Shown: piece by piece, positions 24,126 through 38,718 of the stretch | Layout of the letters: the number at the start of each line of letters is the position of its first letter | How positions within the stretch are numbered: the stretch's first letter is position 1 | The notes under the pieces: generated by a model | Told to the model about the DNA's origin: nothing | The model's database searches: none | What the model saw: only the letters and a program-made list of their open reading frames with translations | Translations under genes and position numbers: made by a program | Assembly (NCBI RefSeq): GCF_009914755.1 | Contig: NC_060929.1 | Strand: one strand, 5' to 3' | Length of the DNA: 64,000 nt | From: the human T2T-CHM13v2.0 reference genome, Homo sapiens

Positions 24126-26484
24126 GACAATAATTGTAACTTCAAATTAAAGATAATCAATGACTACAGAATCTTTTATTCTTCTTGTGTCTGTCTCTGA
24201 CACCAAAGGGGAACTATGCCCTAGGAGAATAGAAGTAATAGTTCTAACTAGATTCTAAAACTGGCACTGGGGGAATAAAATTCCTCCTCTACCTTACTTG
24301 GAAACATTGCTCCTGAGGACCACTCCAATGACTTTCAATAATGAATCAACATGTTAATTAAGTCCCTTATCTTTCCCCAGTCTCTTCAATCAGAAGTGGG
24401 GATAGGACCATACCAAGGGGAATTTCAGTGCAGGATGTCTTGTGATGGGAGTAGTGAGTTAGCATTTGAAAAATAGAGAATTAAGTTGAATGATAATTGA
24501 CTATGAAGCACAGCATTGCTTGTACTGGATAGACTCAGACATTAGTTTATCTTAAAGGTCACCCAGTCACTGCCAAGTTTATTTAGTGTGAATTTAGGGC
24601 TTATGTGACAGCCTGAGATTGCACTAGAGCAAAAGTTACAATTAATATCTTGAATAGTTGTATATGACTATAAGGATGGAAATACATCTTTCTTGCTCTG
24701 GTTTTGTGTTTTCTTTGTTAATCATCCACAAATGCTTTTTCCTGATAGAAATAGCATTTATTGGTTTCATAAATGGTATATAATGTGATAACTACCACTT
24801 CTTGACAGATTTCAACTTTCTAAAATAACATTTAATCTATAGGCTGTGAATTCAGTCACATTGCCAAATATAAATCAGAATAAAGGCAGAGCATCTTTAA
24901 CTGGTCAGTTAGCAGCACTGAACCAAGATCACCATTTAATCTTCCTTCACTGGGGGAAAAAATGTTCTCATTGCAAAATTTGCATACCTGCTTTATAAAC
25001 TTGTCTAGACCAGGAATTTTGGAAGAAGACAACTACATTTGACATCATTAAACATATTCAGTAACTGTTCAAGCATTTTACAGGCCTGAAGCTATTACTT
25101 GGAAACCTGGTTCTACTTTTATGACAGAAACTCATGAAAGAAAGCCTCTGCAAATACAGTGTATTGGTTCATGTCTTATAGTGTATTTCAAACATGAACA
25201 AAGCCACGTACAAGATAAGCCATTATTGACTACAGTTTCTTGTCCACAATCTATAACATTTTCCCGATGCTGCAACATAGCAATCACAAATGATGTTTAC
25301 CTATGACTTGCCTAATACCAAGTATATTGTTTTATAAGTGCAAAATTTGCTTAGTAACGAAGTGATATACTTTTTTTCTTGTATGTTTTGAACTTGTTTA
25401 GTACCTTGAAATGTTTGCAGTGATGATTACTTGAAGGTGATTGATTTTATATTAATCAGGTATGATGCCTAGGCAAGCAGTTTGAATTCCTGATTCTCTA
25501 AATTATATTCATTAAGGATTATAGATTTGCTTCAATTGATTAATTTACTTTGAGACCATGTTGAAAAATACCTATGACAACCAATTCCTTTTGCTTCCCT
25601 ACAGTGATTTATTAGAATAGAATGATAACCAATAACAACTCTGAAAACATCTCAGATAATTCTGTTTATTAAAGTCAGATGTTTGTCCTTTCCTTAAAAA
25701 CTTATCTCACTTGTTCAAAGTTGACGTTTCACTCCATTAGAATTGGGTATGTATGTTATGCACATTGGAGAGTGAATTATTGAGCGAACCAGAAACACAG
25801 AACTTCTTTGCTTTGATATCATATTACTGTTCTCTCTGTTTACTTTTGGAGGGTGACTTATATGTGAATACATTCCAGGGTAAAATCAATGTCTCCATTT
25901 TTTTCAGTCTATACTTTAGTATTGGCCAAGTGTTGTAATGTCAGTCCTTGTTCCTAAAAAAAAAAGCCACGAATTACCTGATGTCCTAAGAAAGCAGATG
26001 CAGCTTTTGGTCTTAAGATGTCATCTGAAAGACCCTGTCCAATCAATTCTGTGCTACCCAATTTACCTGCCTTCAAAGGGTGAAGGACAGAGTTGAAACA
26101 TTTGAGATTGGAATCTCTGGTTCCAAGGAAACTTGAGTATTTTGACCCTGAGGTCTCTACTACTAAGCCAGTCTTCTAGCTTCTGACAGTTCACATTTGT
26201 TGAATTCCATAACCTTGATCCTGGTCCTGTTTCCCTGTGAAATGCGTCATCATTTTTGTTTGCTCATGAAATGCATAGCACATGAGGCAAAATGTATCTG
26301 CTTCCCAGTAGCAGCCAAGCCGCAGGAATTCTGAAACGTATGTGACTGAAATGGCATCTGCAAGGAGTTGAAAGTGTCTATATTAATAGCTTTCATATGA
26401 GCGAGTCAATGTAAACTCACACCATCAGCCAATGGAGCAGCAGCAGTTCTTGGCGATTTCTATATCTGTATTCATGCAGACAAC

Positions 26485-28270
26485 AGATGACCTTTTCCAA
26501 TACCCTAGTCTCTTAGTTCCATAACCTCCTCTCCTCTAATTATCTTGACCACCCTCTACGGTATGAATGTATGTGTCCCTCCAAAATTCATATGTTGAAA
26601 CTTAGTCCCCAATGCAGCAGTTATTAGATGGTGGGATTTAGGAAGAGATTAGGGTGTTAGAGTTCTGTGTTTGTGAGTGGGTGAATGGGATTAATGCCTC
26701 ATAAAAGAGGCTTCACACAACATTTGCCCTTTTTGTTCTTCGGCCTTCCACCATGTGAGGATGGCAGTGTTTATCCCCTCCAGAGAACACAGAGACAAGT
26801 TGCCATCTTGGAAGGAGAGAAACTGGGTCCTGACCAGACACTGAACCTACTAGTGCCTTGATCTTGGACCTCTAGCTTCCAGACTGTGAGAAATAAATTT
26901 CTGTTCTTTGTAAATTACCCAATATGAGGTATTTTGTTACAGCAGCACAAACTAAGACATTACAATAATTCAATCCAATGGGGACACCTGAGAACTTCTC
27001 ATTATCAATATTTAAAACTTTTCCAACCCAATTTGAAGTATGTCCCTCCCCAACTATGATCTACAAGGTTTAATATCACTCCTTCTAGTACTATGACTCT
27101 GAAAAATATTTCCAGCCTCCCCAGGATCTATATTATTCACTATTTCTGCTTATCCCTCACTTTCCCTTTTATGTCCTAATTTACTTCTTCACTCAATTTA
27201 GGTTCTATGGTCCACCCTTATAATCATTCCTTTACATACATGCTCAACTCCCTACACCTTATTTCACACTAGCAAAGCCCCATCCTGGTTAAATACAACT
27301 CTGACTAATCCCAGCCTGTGCCTGTCAGCTAAACATGGCTGGAACAAAATGGTAACTGTGCATACTATTGTCAGTTTACATTTATGCCATCCACCCCAGG
27401 TTGGCTCTCAGTGCTACTTGGCAATCCTATAACATTTCATTCTCCCACTTTTTGGATGGCTGTTTTATATCTTCCCTCTTTTCCTCAAAGCTCCAATACC
27501 TTCTTCCCCATTATCACTTTCAGCTGTTAAGCAAGTTTTTAATTTATCCGAGAAAATAGAAGCAGAGAATTTCTAAGAGCTGTGACTACTCTGTCATCCC
27601 ACCTATCAGGATCTGTGCCCATATACTCTTCCTTCCACACTATTTTGGGTGAATTGTCCACACACCCTAGTCCTTCCATTTGTGGACTAGATCCCATTTC
27701 TTATCCTTCATCATTTCAGGATTCTCTCACTCTTTCTCTTGAATCATAATTTCTCCCCTTTCTACTGGATAATTTCCATCAGCACATACGTATTTTGTAA
27801 ATTTTCTCATCTTAAAAACCTCTCTCTCAATGCCGTATCCCTTCGAGGTTTTTCCCATTTCTTTGCTCCCTTTGTAGCAAAAAATTCCTGAAAAGCTTTA
27901 TCTGTATTCACTATTTCTCTCAAAACCATAGGATCAGGGCTTTTCCCCCACCACACCCCCAGACTCCACTGATGGTCACTGATGACGATTTCCACTTTGC
28001 TAAATATACTGGAATATTTCAGTCTTCATCGTACTTAGCCCATTATCAGTGTCTGATATGACTTATTACTCCCACCCCTTTGAGCTATTTCTTCACTTAG
28101 CTTCTAGGATACCACGTTCTACCCAGTTTCTTCTCAATTTGCTGGTCTCTTCTTTCATAGTTCTTTTTCATCTCTGTGAACATCAAATAATAATGTGCCT
28201 TGGAAAATCATTTGAATCCCTTCTCTTCTGTCAACAGTTACTTCTTTGGTGCTTTGGTCCTATTTAGTTA
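26485..28270 (+). mobile_element. L2 LINE ORF2 remnant, interrupted by an MLT1A LTR and resuming at ~39330
   Basis: L2 motifs 'tctatggtccacccttataatcattcc', 'aaagccccatcctggttaaatacaac', 'tcagggcttttcccccaccac', 'cttcacttagcttctaggatacc'. Confidence 0.8.
26554..26959 (+). mobile_element. MLT1A-type MaLR solo LTR inside L2
   Basis: 'gaatgtatgtgtccctccaaaattcatatgttgaaac...gccatcttggaag...gtgagaaataaatttctgttc...actaagaca'. Confidence 0.9.
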
Positions 28271-28289
28271 GTTTTTAAAATTGCTAAAT

Positions 28290-29470
28290 TTACCATTGCT
28301 AAATTTTTTTTAGTAGAGTTTTAGATTTACGGAATGATTGAGCAGATCGTACACAGAATTCTATATACCTAACCCCAACCTCCTTACCCCCCCATATAGT
28401 TTCTCCTGTTACTAATATCTTGCATTAGTAGTATATTTGTTATAATTAACAAACCAATACATTATTATTAACTATGGGCCACAGTTTTCATTAAGATTCA
28501 CTCTTTGTGTCATATAGTTTTATGGGTTTTGACAAATGCATGCCATGGATCTACCATTACAGTTTCATATAGAATAGTTCCACTGCCTTAAAAATCCCCT
28601 TGCTCTACCTATTAATGCTTCCCTCCCCTTAAGTTCCTGGCAATCACTGATCTCTTTACTGCCTCCATAGTTCTGCCTTTTCAAGGATGTCATATAACTA
28701 GAATCACAGAACTTTTCAGATTGCCTTTTTTCACTTAGTAATGTATGTTTAAGTTCCTCCATGTCTTATCATGGCTTGATAGCTCATTTCTTTTAAATGT
28801 TGAATAATATTTCATAATGTAGTTATACCACTATTTACCTGTTCAGCTATTGAAAGACATCTTGGTTACTTTCAGTTTATGATGATTGTGAATAAAGCTG
28901 CTATGAAGGGTTGCGTGCAGGTTTTTGGGTAGATGTGTTTTCAACTCAGGCAAATAATTAGGAGCTTGATTGCTGGATCATGTGATAAGACGATGTTTAG
29001 CTTTGTAAAAAACTACCAAACTCTAATCCAAAGTATAAAATGTTGCATTTGTACCAGCAATAAAATAAGTATCCCTATTACTCTATATCCTTGCCAGCAT
29101 TTTGTATTAACAATTTTATGGATTTTAGCCATTCTAATAATTGTATAAGTGGTATCTCCTCATTGTTTTAATTTGCAGCCATCTAATAACATGTGATGTT
29201 GAGCATGTTGTCATATGCTTATTTGTTGTATATTTATCATTGGTGTGGTATGTGCTCAGCTCTTTTACCCATTTTGTAATTGGATTATTTGCTTTCTTAT
29301 TGTTGAATTTTAAGAGTTCTTTGGATATTTTGTACACAAGTCCTTTATCAGATATGTGGTTTACAAGTATCTTTTTTTCCCAATCAGTGGCCTGTCTCTT
29401 TAGTCTCTCAACAGTGCAGAAGTTTTAGTGCAACTTATTAATTTTTCCTTTCATGAATTATACTTTTGGT
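28290..29470 (-). mobile_element. L1MC-type 3' UTR and ORF2 C-terminus
   Basis: L1MC 3' UTR signature 'ttttagatttac..aa..attgagcaga..gtaca.agaattcc.atatacc', followed by antisense ORF2 (ORF 29134..29337). Confidence 0.85.
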
Positions 29471-30862
29471 ATTACATCCCCATACTCATCACCAACCCCC
29501 CTCCTCACTCCAAGATGGAGCACATAGCCTAGGGTTCTGGGGATTGCCCAACACAATCCACTATCCAGGGCACCTGAGCATTCCTCCCAAGGGGTTTGAG
29601 TTTGGGCCTAAACTCCTGGCTACTGTTACCTCAGATGGCATCTACCTGAGAATGCCATCTGTGGGTCTGAAGACTGGCCTGCCCAGCTCATCACAGCCAC
29701 TGTCAAAAGCAATACATACTTCTTGGGACCCAGAGAGTCATCTCACCACTGTTACTGCCTTTGCCCATACCATGCTGGCCTGAGAACCTGCCCACCTGCT
29801 CAGTCCACTGCTGGCACTACTGGCATCCAAGCAAGCCACCTGGATGCCCAATAATCAGGCTGCTGGTATCTACCAACATCAGTGCCACTGTAAACCACCA
29901 TGGGTCACAAGGATAGACATGCTCAGCCTGCCACTTCTCCACTGGGGCTTGAAGACTGGCCTACCTGGCATCTCAGTACCCAGCGCAACTTTACCACAGC
30001 CTCCACTTTAACTGTACCCTCAAAAAGGAAATTATAGATACCACTAATGCTGTTTACTGCCAAAGAAATCATACAGAAACAATACTACTGAATGCACCTA
30101 GAATTCAAAGCCAAAGTGCCCTATCTAACCAACACAAGAAATACACTTTCAAGAAAAAGTCCTCTCCTATGAAGGTAAAAATTAAAAAATAGAAAGAGGT
30201 GACTGTTACAACAGAGGTGCAGATATCAACATAAAGACATGGGAAACAGAAAAGCAAAGAAATATGACACCTCCAAAGAAACACAATAACTCTCCTGCAA
30301 TATATCTTAATCAAAAAGAAAATTTTTAAATCCCAGAAAAAGAAATCAAAATATAAATTTTAAAGGAGCTCAGTGAGATACAAGTGAATTCTGTAAGACA
30401 ATACAATGAAATCTATAAAGCGGTTCAGGATTTGAATGAGAAATTTGCCAAAGAGATAGCTATTTTGAAAAAGAATCAAATAGAAATTCTGGAACAAAAA
30501 ATGTTTTGGAGGAAATACAAAAAAATATATATATAAGCTTCAACAATAGATTAGATCAAGCAGAAGAAAAAAAAAATCTCAGAACTTGAGGACAAATCTT
30601 TTGAAATAATCCAGCCAAGAAAAATAAAGAATGAACAAAGCCTTTGTGACATTTGGGACAACATAAAATGACTGAATATTTAATTTTTTTGTATCACTGA
30701 GGACATAGAGAAAATGAAGGGATTAAAAAACTTATTTAAAAAATAATAAAGTCTTTCCAAGACTAGCTAGAGATGTAGACACTCAGATACAGATGGCTCA
30801 GTGTTCCCCAGGTAGTTATAATGCAAAAAGCTTTTTCTAGGGTACATTATAGTCAGACTGTC

Positions 30863-33129
30863 TGATATGGTTTTGCTGTGTTCTCACCCAAATCTCATCT
30901 TGAATTGTCGTTCCCATAATCACCACATGTCATGGGAAGGATCCAGTGGAAGGTGATTGAATCATGGGAGCAGTTACATACATGCTGTTCTCACGATAGT
31001 GAGTTCTTATGAGATCTGATGGTTTTATAAGGGGTTTTTCCCTTTTTTCTCAGAAATTCCCTCTCTCCTGCCACCTTGTGAAGAAGGACATGTTTGCTTC
31101 CCTTTCCACCATGATTGTAAGTTTCCTGAGGCCTCCCCAGCCCTTGAGAACTGTGAGTCAATTAAACCTCTTTCCTTTATAAATTACCGAGTCTTGGGTA
31201 GTTCTTTATAGCAGCATGAGAATGAACTAATGCAGTAAATTTGTACCACAGAGAGTGTGGTGCTGCTATAAAGATACCCAAAAATGTGGAAGCAACTTTG
31301 GAACTGGGTAACAGGCAGAGGTTGGAATAGTTTGGAGGGCTCAGGAGAATACAGGAAGACGTGGAAAAGTTTGAAACTTCCTAGAGACTTGTTGAATGGT
31401 TTTGACCAAAATACTGATAGTGATACAGACAATGAAGTCCAGGTTGAAGTGGTCTCAGATGGAGATGAGGAACTTCTTGGGAACTGTAGCAAAGAGGCTG
31501 GTGGCATTTTGATCCTGCCCTAGAAATCTGTGGAACTTTGAACTTGAGAGAGGTGATTTAGGGTATCTGGCAGAAGAAATTTCTAAATGGCAGTGTTCAA
31601 GAAGTGATAGAGAATAAAAGTTTGGAAAATCTGCAGCCTGATGATACATTTAGAAAAGAAAAACTCATATTCTTGGTAGAAATTCAAGCCAGCTGCAGAA
31701 ATTTGCAAAAGTAATGAGGAGCCAAATGCTAATCACCAAGACAATGCGGAAAATGCCTCAAGGCATGTCAGAGACCTTCATGGCAGCCCCTGCCACCACA
31801 GGCCTAGAGGCCTAGGAGGCAAATATGGTTTTGTGGACTGGGTCCAGGGCACCCCTTGCTGTGTGTAGCCTCCAGATTTGGTGTCCTGCATCCCAGCTGC
31901 TCCGTTCATTGCTAAAAGGGGCCAAGGTACAGCTCAGGTCATTGCTTCAGAGGGTGAAAGCCCTAAGCCTTGGCAGCTTCCATATGGTACTGGGCCTGCA
32001 GGTATGCAGAAGACAAGAATTGAGGTTTGGGAACCTCCACCTAGATTTCAGAAGATGTATGGAAATGCCTAGATGTCCAGGAAGAATTTTCTGCAAGGGC
32101 AGAGACTTCATGGAGAACCTCTGCTAGGGCAGTGTAGAAAGGAAATGTGGGGTTGGAGCCCCCACACAGAGTCCCCACTAGAGCACTACCTAGAGAAGCT
32201 GCGAGAAGAGGGCCGCTATCCTCCAGACACCAGAATGGTAGATCCACCAACAGCTTGCACAGTTTGCCTAGAAAAGCCACAGACACTCAACACCAGCCTG
32301 TGAAAGCAGCTGGGAGGGGAACTGTACTCTGTGAAGCCACAGGGGTACAGCTTCACAAGACCATGGGGGCCCACCTATTGCATCAGTGTGACCTGGATGT
32401 GAGACATGGAATCAAAGGAGATAATTTTGGAACTTTCAGGTTTAATGACTACACCATTGAATTTCAGACATACATGGGTCCTGTAACCCCTTTGTTTTGG
32501 CCAATTTCTTCCATTTGGAATGGGCGTATTTACCCAGTGTCTGTACCCTCATTGCATTTAGGAAGTAACTAACTTGCTTTTGATTTTACAGGCTCATAGG
32601 TGGGAGGGATTTGCCTTTTCTCAGATGAGACTTTGGGCTCAGACTTTTGGGTTAATGCTGGAATGAACTAAGACTTTGGGGGACTGTTGGAAAGGCATGC
32701 TTGTGTTTTGAAATGTGAGGACATGAGATTTGGGAGGGGCCAGAGGTGGAATGGTATGGTTTGGCTGTGTCCCCAACCAAATCTCATCTGAATTTTAGTT
32801 TCTATAACCTCTACACTGTCAGCATTAGGAACCCAGTGGGAAGTAATTGAATTATGGGGGGCAGTTATACCCATGCTGTTCTTGTGATAGTGAGTGAGTT
32901 CTCACAATATCTGATGGTTTTATAAAGGCCTTTTCCCCCTTTGCTTGGCACTTCTCTCTCTCCTGCTGCCTTGTGAATAAGGATGTGTTTCCTTCGCCTT
33001 ATGCTATGATTGTAAGTTTCTTGAGTCTTCCCCTGCCCTGGAGAACTGTAAATCAATTAAACTTCTTTCCTTTATAAATAACCCAATCTCAGGCAGTTCT
33101 TTGTAGTAGCATGTGAATGGACTAATACA
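30863..33129 (+). mobile_element. Full-length THE1 (THE1D-like): 5' LTR 30863-31234, internal 31235-32751, 3' LTR 32752-33129
   Basis: Two LTRs with TG...CA termini, THE1 internal sequence (ORF 31284..31523 'MWKQLWNWVTGRGWNSLEGS'), perfect TSD CTGTC (30858-30862 / 33130-33134). Confidence 0.96.
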
Positions 33130-35465
33130 CTGTCTAAAGTCAAAGATAAAGAATGAATCATAAAAAGAGCCAGAGAAAAGCATCTAGTCACCTATAAAGG
33201 AAACACCTTCAGACTAACAGTGGAATTCTCAGTGGAACCTAGTAAGCCAGAAGAGGATGGGGTAACATATTAAAAGTTCTGAAAGAGACAAACCCAAGAA
33301 TACTATATCTAACAAGATTACTTTTATAATTAGGAGAGATAAAGTCTTTCTTAAACAAGTAAGTATCAAAGAAATCTATTACCGCTATACCAGTGCTACA
33401 AGAAATGCTCAAGGGAGTTATAAACCTGGAAGCAAAAGGACAATATTTACCATCATGAAAATACATGAATGTATAAAACTCATTGGTAAAGCAATCACAG
33501 AAAGGAAGAAGAGAATGGACTCAAATGGTAACACTACCAAAATCCACAAAACCATATTGACAGGCAAAAAGAGAAGAAAAAAGAAACAAATAATATCTAA
33601 AGCAACCAGAAAACAATGAACAAAATGACAGGAACAAAGCCTCACGTATCAACAATAACCTTAAACCTCGGTTAAAAAGATATAGCACAGCTGAATGGAT
33701 AGAAAAACATAATCCAACTATAAGATGCTTATATGAAACTTATCTTACCAGACATATGTGACAGAAAAGAGACGGAGAGCTATTCCATAAAAACAGAAAC
33801 CCAAAGTGCACGGGAGCAGTTATATCAGATAAAAACACCTCAAAGCAAGAAGAATAAAAAAGAGAAAGAAGGTTATTATGTAATGATAAAGGAATCAATC
33901 CAGCGGGAAGATATAACAATTCTAAATTTATATGCACTCAACAATGAAGCACAAATATTCATAAAGCAAATATTATTTGATCTAAAGAGAGAGAGAGAAA
34001 CTGCAATAAAATAATAGTGGGGGACTTCAACACCCCACTGTCAGCATTAGGCAGATTATCTAGGCAGAAAATCAACAACAACAACAGCAACACATTGGAT
34101 TTAAACTTAACTTGATACCAAATTGACCTAATAGATATTTAGAGAAAATTCCATCCAACAACTGAAGAATTACCTTTTTTTTTTTTTTTTTTTACATTAG
34201 CGCATGGAACATTCTTCAGGCTAGACCGTATGTTAACCACAAAACAAGTCTCAACAAAGTTTAAAATACTGAAATCATATTAAGTGTCTTCTCAGACCAC
34301 AGTGGAATAAAACTAGAAACCAATACCAAGAGGAACTTTGAAAACTATGTAAATACATGGAAATTAACCAATATATTCCTGATTAACCATTAGGTCAATG
34401 AAGAAATTAAGATGGAAATAAAAAAATTTTGTGAAACAAATGAATATGGAAACACAGCATATCAAAACCTGTGGGATACAACAAAAGTAGTGTTAAGAGG
34501 GAAGTTTATAGCAATAAATGCCTGCATCAAAAAACAGATTACAAATTAACAACCTAACAATGCACCTGAAGGAACTAGAAAAGCAAGAACAAACCAAGCT
34601 CAAAATTTGCAGAAGGAGGGAAATAATAAAGATCAGAACAGAACTAAACAAAATAGAAATGAAAAATAATACAAAAGATCAATGAAACTGAGAGTTGGTA
34701 ATTTGAAAAGATAAACAAAATTGAGAAACTGCTATATAGACTAAGCAAGGAAAGAAGTGAGGAGACCCAAATACAATCAGAGATGAAAAAGAAGACATTA
34801 CAATTGATACCACAGAATACAAAAGATTATCAGAGACTATTATAAACAACAATACCCTGATAAACTGGAAAACACAGGAGGAAATGGGTAAATGCTTGGA
34901 AACATACCATTTACCAAGATTGAATCAGGAAGAAATAGAAAACCTGTACAGAGAAATAATGACTAGTGAAATTGAATCAGTAATAAAATGACTCCCAACA
35001 GAGAAAAGCCCAGGGCAGGATAAATACACAGCTGAATTCTGTCAAATGTACAAAGAGCTAATACGAATCCTTCTGAAAGTATTCCAAAAAATTTAAGAGA
35101 AGGGAACTCTCCCTAACTCATTCAACAAGACCAGCATCACTCTGATACCAAAACCAGACTGGGACACAACAACAAAAAAACTGCAGTTCGTATCCCTGAT
35201 AAATATCACACAAAAATTGTCAACAGATTACAAGCAAACTGAGTCTAACAGCACATCAAAAAGGTAATACACCACAATCAAGTGACTTTTATACTGGGAA
35301 TGCAAGGATAGTTCAACATACACAAATCAGTAAATGTGATACATCACATCAACAGCATATATGACAAACTCACAGCTAACATCATAGTAAATGGTAAGAA
35401 ATTGAAAGTCTTTCCTCTAAGAACTGGAACAAGATAAGTATGACCACTTTCACCACTCCAAAATC

Positions 35466-35916
35466 TGTATTAGTCAGGGTTCTCTAGAGGAACAGAACTA
35501 ATAGGGTAGATGTATATATGAAGGGGAGTGTATTAGCAGTATTGGCTCACATGATCACAAGGTGAAGTCCCACAATAGGCCGTCTGCAAGCTGAGGAGCA
35601 AGGAAGTCAGTCCAAGTCCCCAAATTTCAAAAGTAGGGAAGACAACAGTGCAACCTTCAGTTTGTGGCCAAAGCCTGAAGGGCCTCTGGCAAATCACTGG
35701 TGTAAGTCCAAGAGTCCAAAAGCTGAAGAATCTGGAGTCTAATGTTTGAGAGCAGGAAGCATCCAGCATGGAAAGAAAAAAAGATGAAGTATGAAAAACT
35801 CAGCAAGTCTGCCCTTTCAGTCTTCTTCTGCCTGCTTTATTATAGCAGCTCTGGCAGCTGATTAGATGATGCCAACCCAGACTGAGGGAGGGTCTGCCTT
35901 TTCTAGTTTACTGACT
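35466..35916 (-). mobile_element. MLT2A ERVL LTR, 5'-truncated
   Basis: 'tgtattagtcagggttctctagag...cacaaggtgaagtcccacaataggccgtctgcaagctgaggagcaagg'; stops at 'ttactgact' without the ...ACCATCACA terminus. Confidence 0.9.
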
Positions 35917-37799
35917 GGAACATAGTACTGAAAGTTCTGACCAGAGCAATCACACAAGAGAAATAAATAAAAGGCCTCTAAATAGAAAAAGAGAAAGTCA
36001 AATTGTTCCTCTTTTCTTATGATATGATCAGATATAAATCTGATAAACCCTGAAGACTTCACCAAAAAACTCTTAGATTTGATAAATGAATTCAGTAAAG
36101 TTGCAGGATAGAAAATCAACTATAAAAATTAGTAAAAGTTTTTACACCAATATAACCTAGCAGAGAAAGAAATCAAGAATGCAGTCCCATTTATAATAGC
36201 TACAGAAGAAAATGAAAATATCTTGGAATAAATTTAACCAAGGAGGTGAAAGATCTCTACAAAGAAAATTACAAAACACTGATAAAAGAAATTGAAAATG
36301 ACATAAACAAATGGAAAAACATCCCATGCTCATGGATTGGAAGAATTAACATCATTAAAATGACCATATTGTGCAAAGCAATCTATAGATTCAAAGCAAT
36401 CTCTATCAAAATGTCAACATCATTCTTCACAGAATTATTAAAAAAATTCTAAAATTCATATGAAACCAAAAAAGAGCTCAAATAGCCAAAGCAGTGCTGA
36501 GCAAAAAGAACAAAGCTGGAAGCATCACATTACCTGATTTTAAAATATATTACAAGGCTGCAGTAACCAAAACAGCATGATATTAATATAAAAAAATCAC
36601 ATAGACTAATGGAACGTAATAGAGAATCCAGAAATAAAGCCATGTATTTACCACAATTCATCTTTGTCAAAACCAATGAGAACTTATGTTAAGGAAAAAC
36701 ACCCTCTTCCATAGACAGTGCTGGGAAAATTGGATAGCCACATGCAGAAGAATGAAACTGGATTTCTGTCTCTCACCATATACAAAACTCTACTCAAACT
36801 GGGTTGAAGAACTTAATCATAAGACCCAAAACTATAATATTAAAAGAAATCCTAGGGGAAACTCTCCTGGATATAGGTCTAGGCAAAGAACTTACGACTA
36901 AGGCCTGAAAAGCAAAGGCAGCAAAAAGGAAAAATAGACAAATAAAACTTAATTAAACTAAAGAGCTTCTGCAGACCAAAATAAATAAGCAACAGAGTGA
37001 AGAGACAACCTGTTGAATGGGAGAAAATATTTGCAAACTATTCATCCAATAGGAGACTCATATCTAGGATATACAAGGAACTCAAACAACAAGTAAAAAA
37101 CAAATAATCACATTAAACGGTAGGTAAAGAACATGAATAGACACTCAAAAGATATGACAAATGGCCAACAGGTATATGAGAAATGCTCAACATCACTAAT
37201 CATCATGGACATTCAAATCAAAACCATGATGATATCATCTTGCCCCTTTCAGAATGGCTGTTATTAAAAAGACCAAAAAAAAAAAATGTAGAGCTTGGTG
37301 AGGATATGGAAAAAAGGGAACTCTTATAACTGTTGTGGGAATGTAAGCTAATATAGCCACCATGGAAAATAGTATGGCCATTTCTCAAAAAAACAAAAAT
37401 GAAAACAAAAGCAAACTACAATTCAATCCATTAATTCCACTACTAAGTATCTACACCAAAGAAAAGAAATCAACATATCAAAGGGATATCTGCACTGGCA
37501 TGTTTATTGTAGCACTATTTATAAGAGCAAAGATATGGAATCAACCTAAGTGTTCATCAATGGATGAACTGATAAGAAAACGCAGTGTGTATATGTATCA
37601 GGATATAAAAAATGAAATCCTGTCATTTGCAGCAACATAGCTGGAAGTTGAGATCAGTGTTACATGTTCTGACTTATATGTTGGAGCTAAAAAGTTTGAT
37701 CACATGGGTAGAGAATGGAAAGATACATTACAGAGACTGAACAGGGTGAGTAGAGGGCAGGAGAAGGATGAAGGCAAGTGGGTTAAAGGGTACAAACAT

Positions 37800-38184
<385 letters not shown>

Positions 38185-38212
38185 TCAGGATATGGGCATC
38201 CTAAATACCCTA

Positions 38213-38310
38213 AATATATATATAATATATATATAAAATATATATTTATATATAATATATATATTATATATAAATATATTATAATATATATAAAATATAT
38301 ATATATAAAT
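38213..38310. repeat. (TA)n / AT-only tract within the L1 3' UTR
   Basis: About 100 bp composed only of A and T. Confidence 0.95.
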
Positions 38311-38352
38311 TTCACATGTACCCCATAGAGTTGTACAAATTAAAAAGAAAAA

Positions 38353-38718
38353 CCAAGATACAAACACATACCTTAGCTTAAGCCTATACAGGGTCAGGAT
38401 GATCAATATCACTCTCTTCCACCTCCACATCTTGTCCCACTGAAGGCCTCTAGGACCAATAACATGCATGGAGCTGTCATCTCCTATGATAACAGGGCCT
38501 TCTTTTTGAGTACTTCCCGAAGGACATGCTTTAGGCTGTCTTTGCAGTTTGCTTTTCTTATATAGGTAGAAGGAGTACACACTAAAATAACAATATAAAA
38601 CATAGTAAGTAAATCCTAGGCAATAGGTACTTTTCAACTCCACTATAATCTTATGGTACCACTGACATACATGCAGTCTTTTATTGACTAAAACATCATT
38701 TTGTGGTTCCCAACTGTA
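38353..38718 (+). mobile_element. Tigger3/MER7-type DNA transposon, right part only
   Basis: 'acaaacacata.cttagc.taagccta.acagggtcaggat.atcaatatcact.tcttccacctccacatcttgtcccactg' and a terminal '...actg' followed by TA. Confidence 0.85.

Noticed and set aside
31284-32572. Cluster of ORFs up to 141 aa
   Set aside because: They are fragments of the THE1 internal region broken by stops and frameshifts.
38185-38643. 152-aa minus-strand ORF
   Set aside because: It runs through a Tigger fragment and a TA tract, giving low-complexity I/Y runs.
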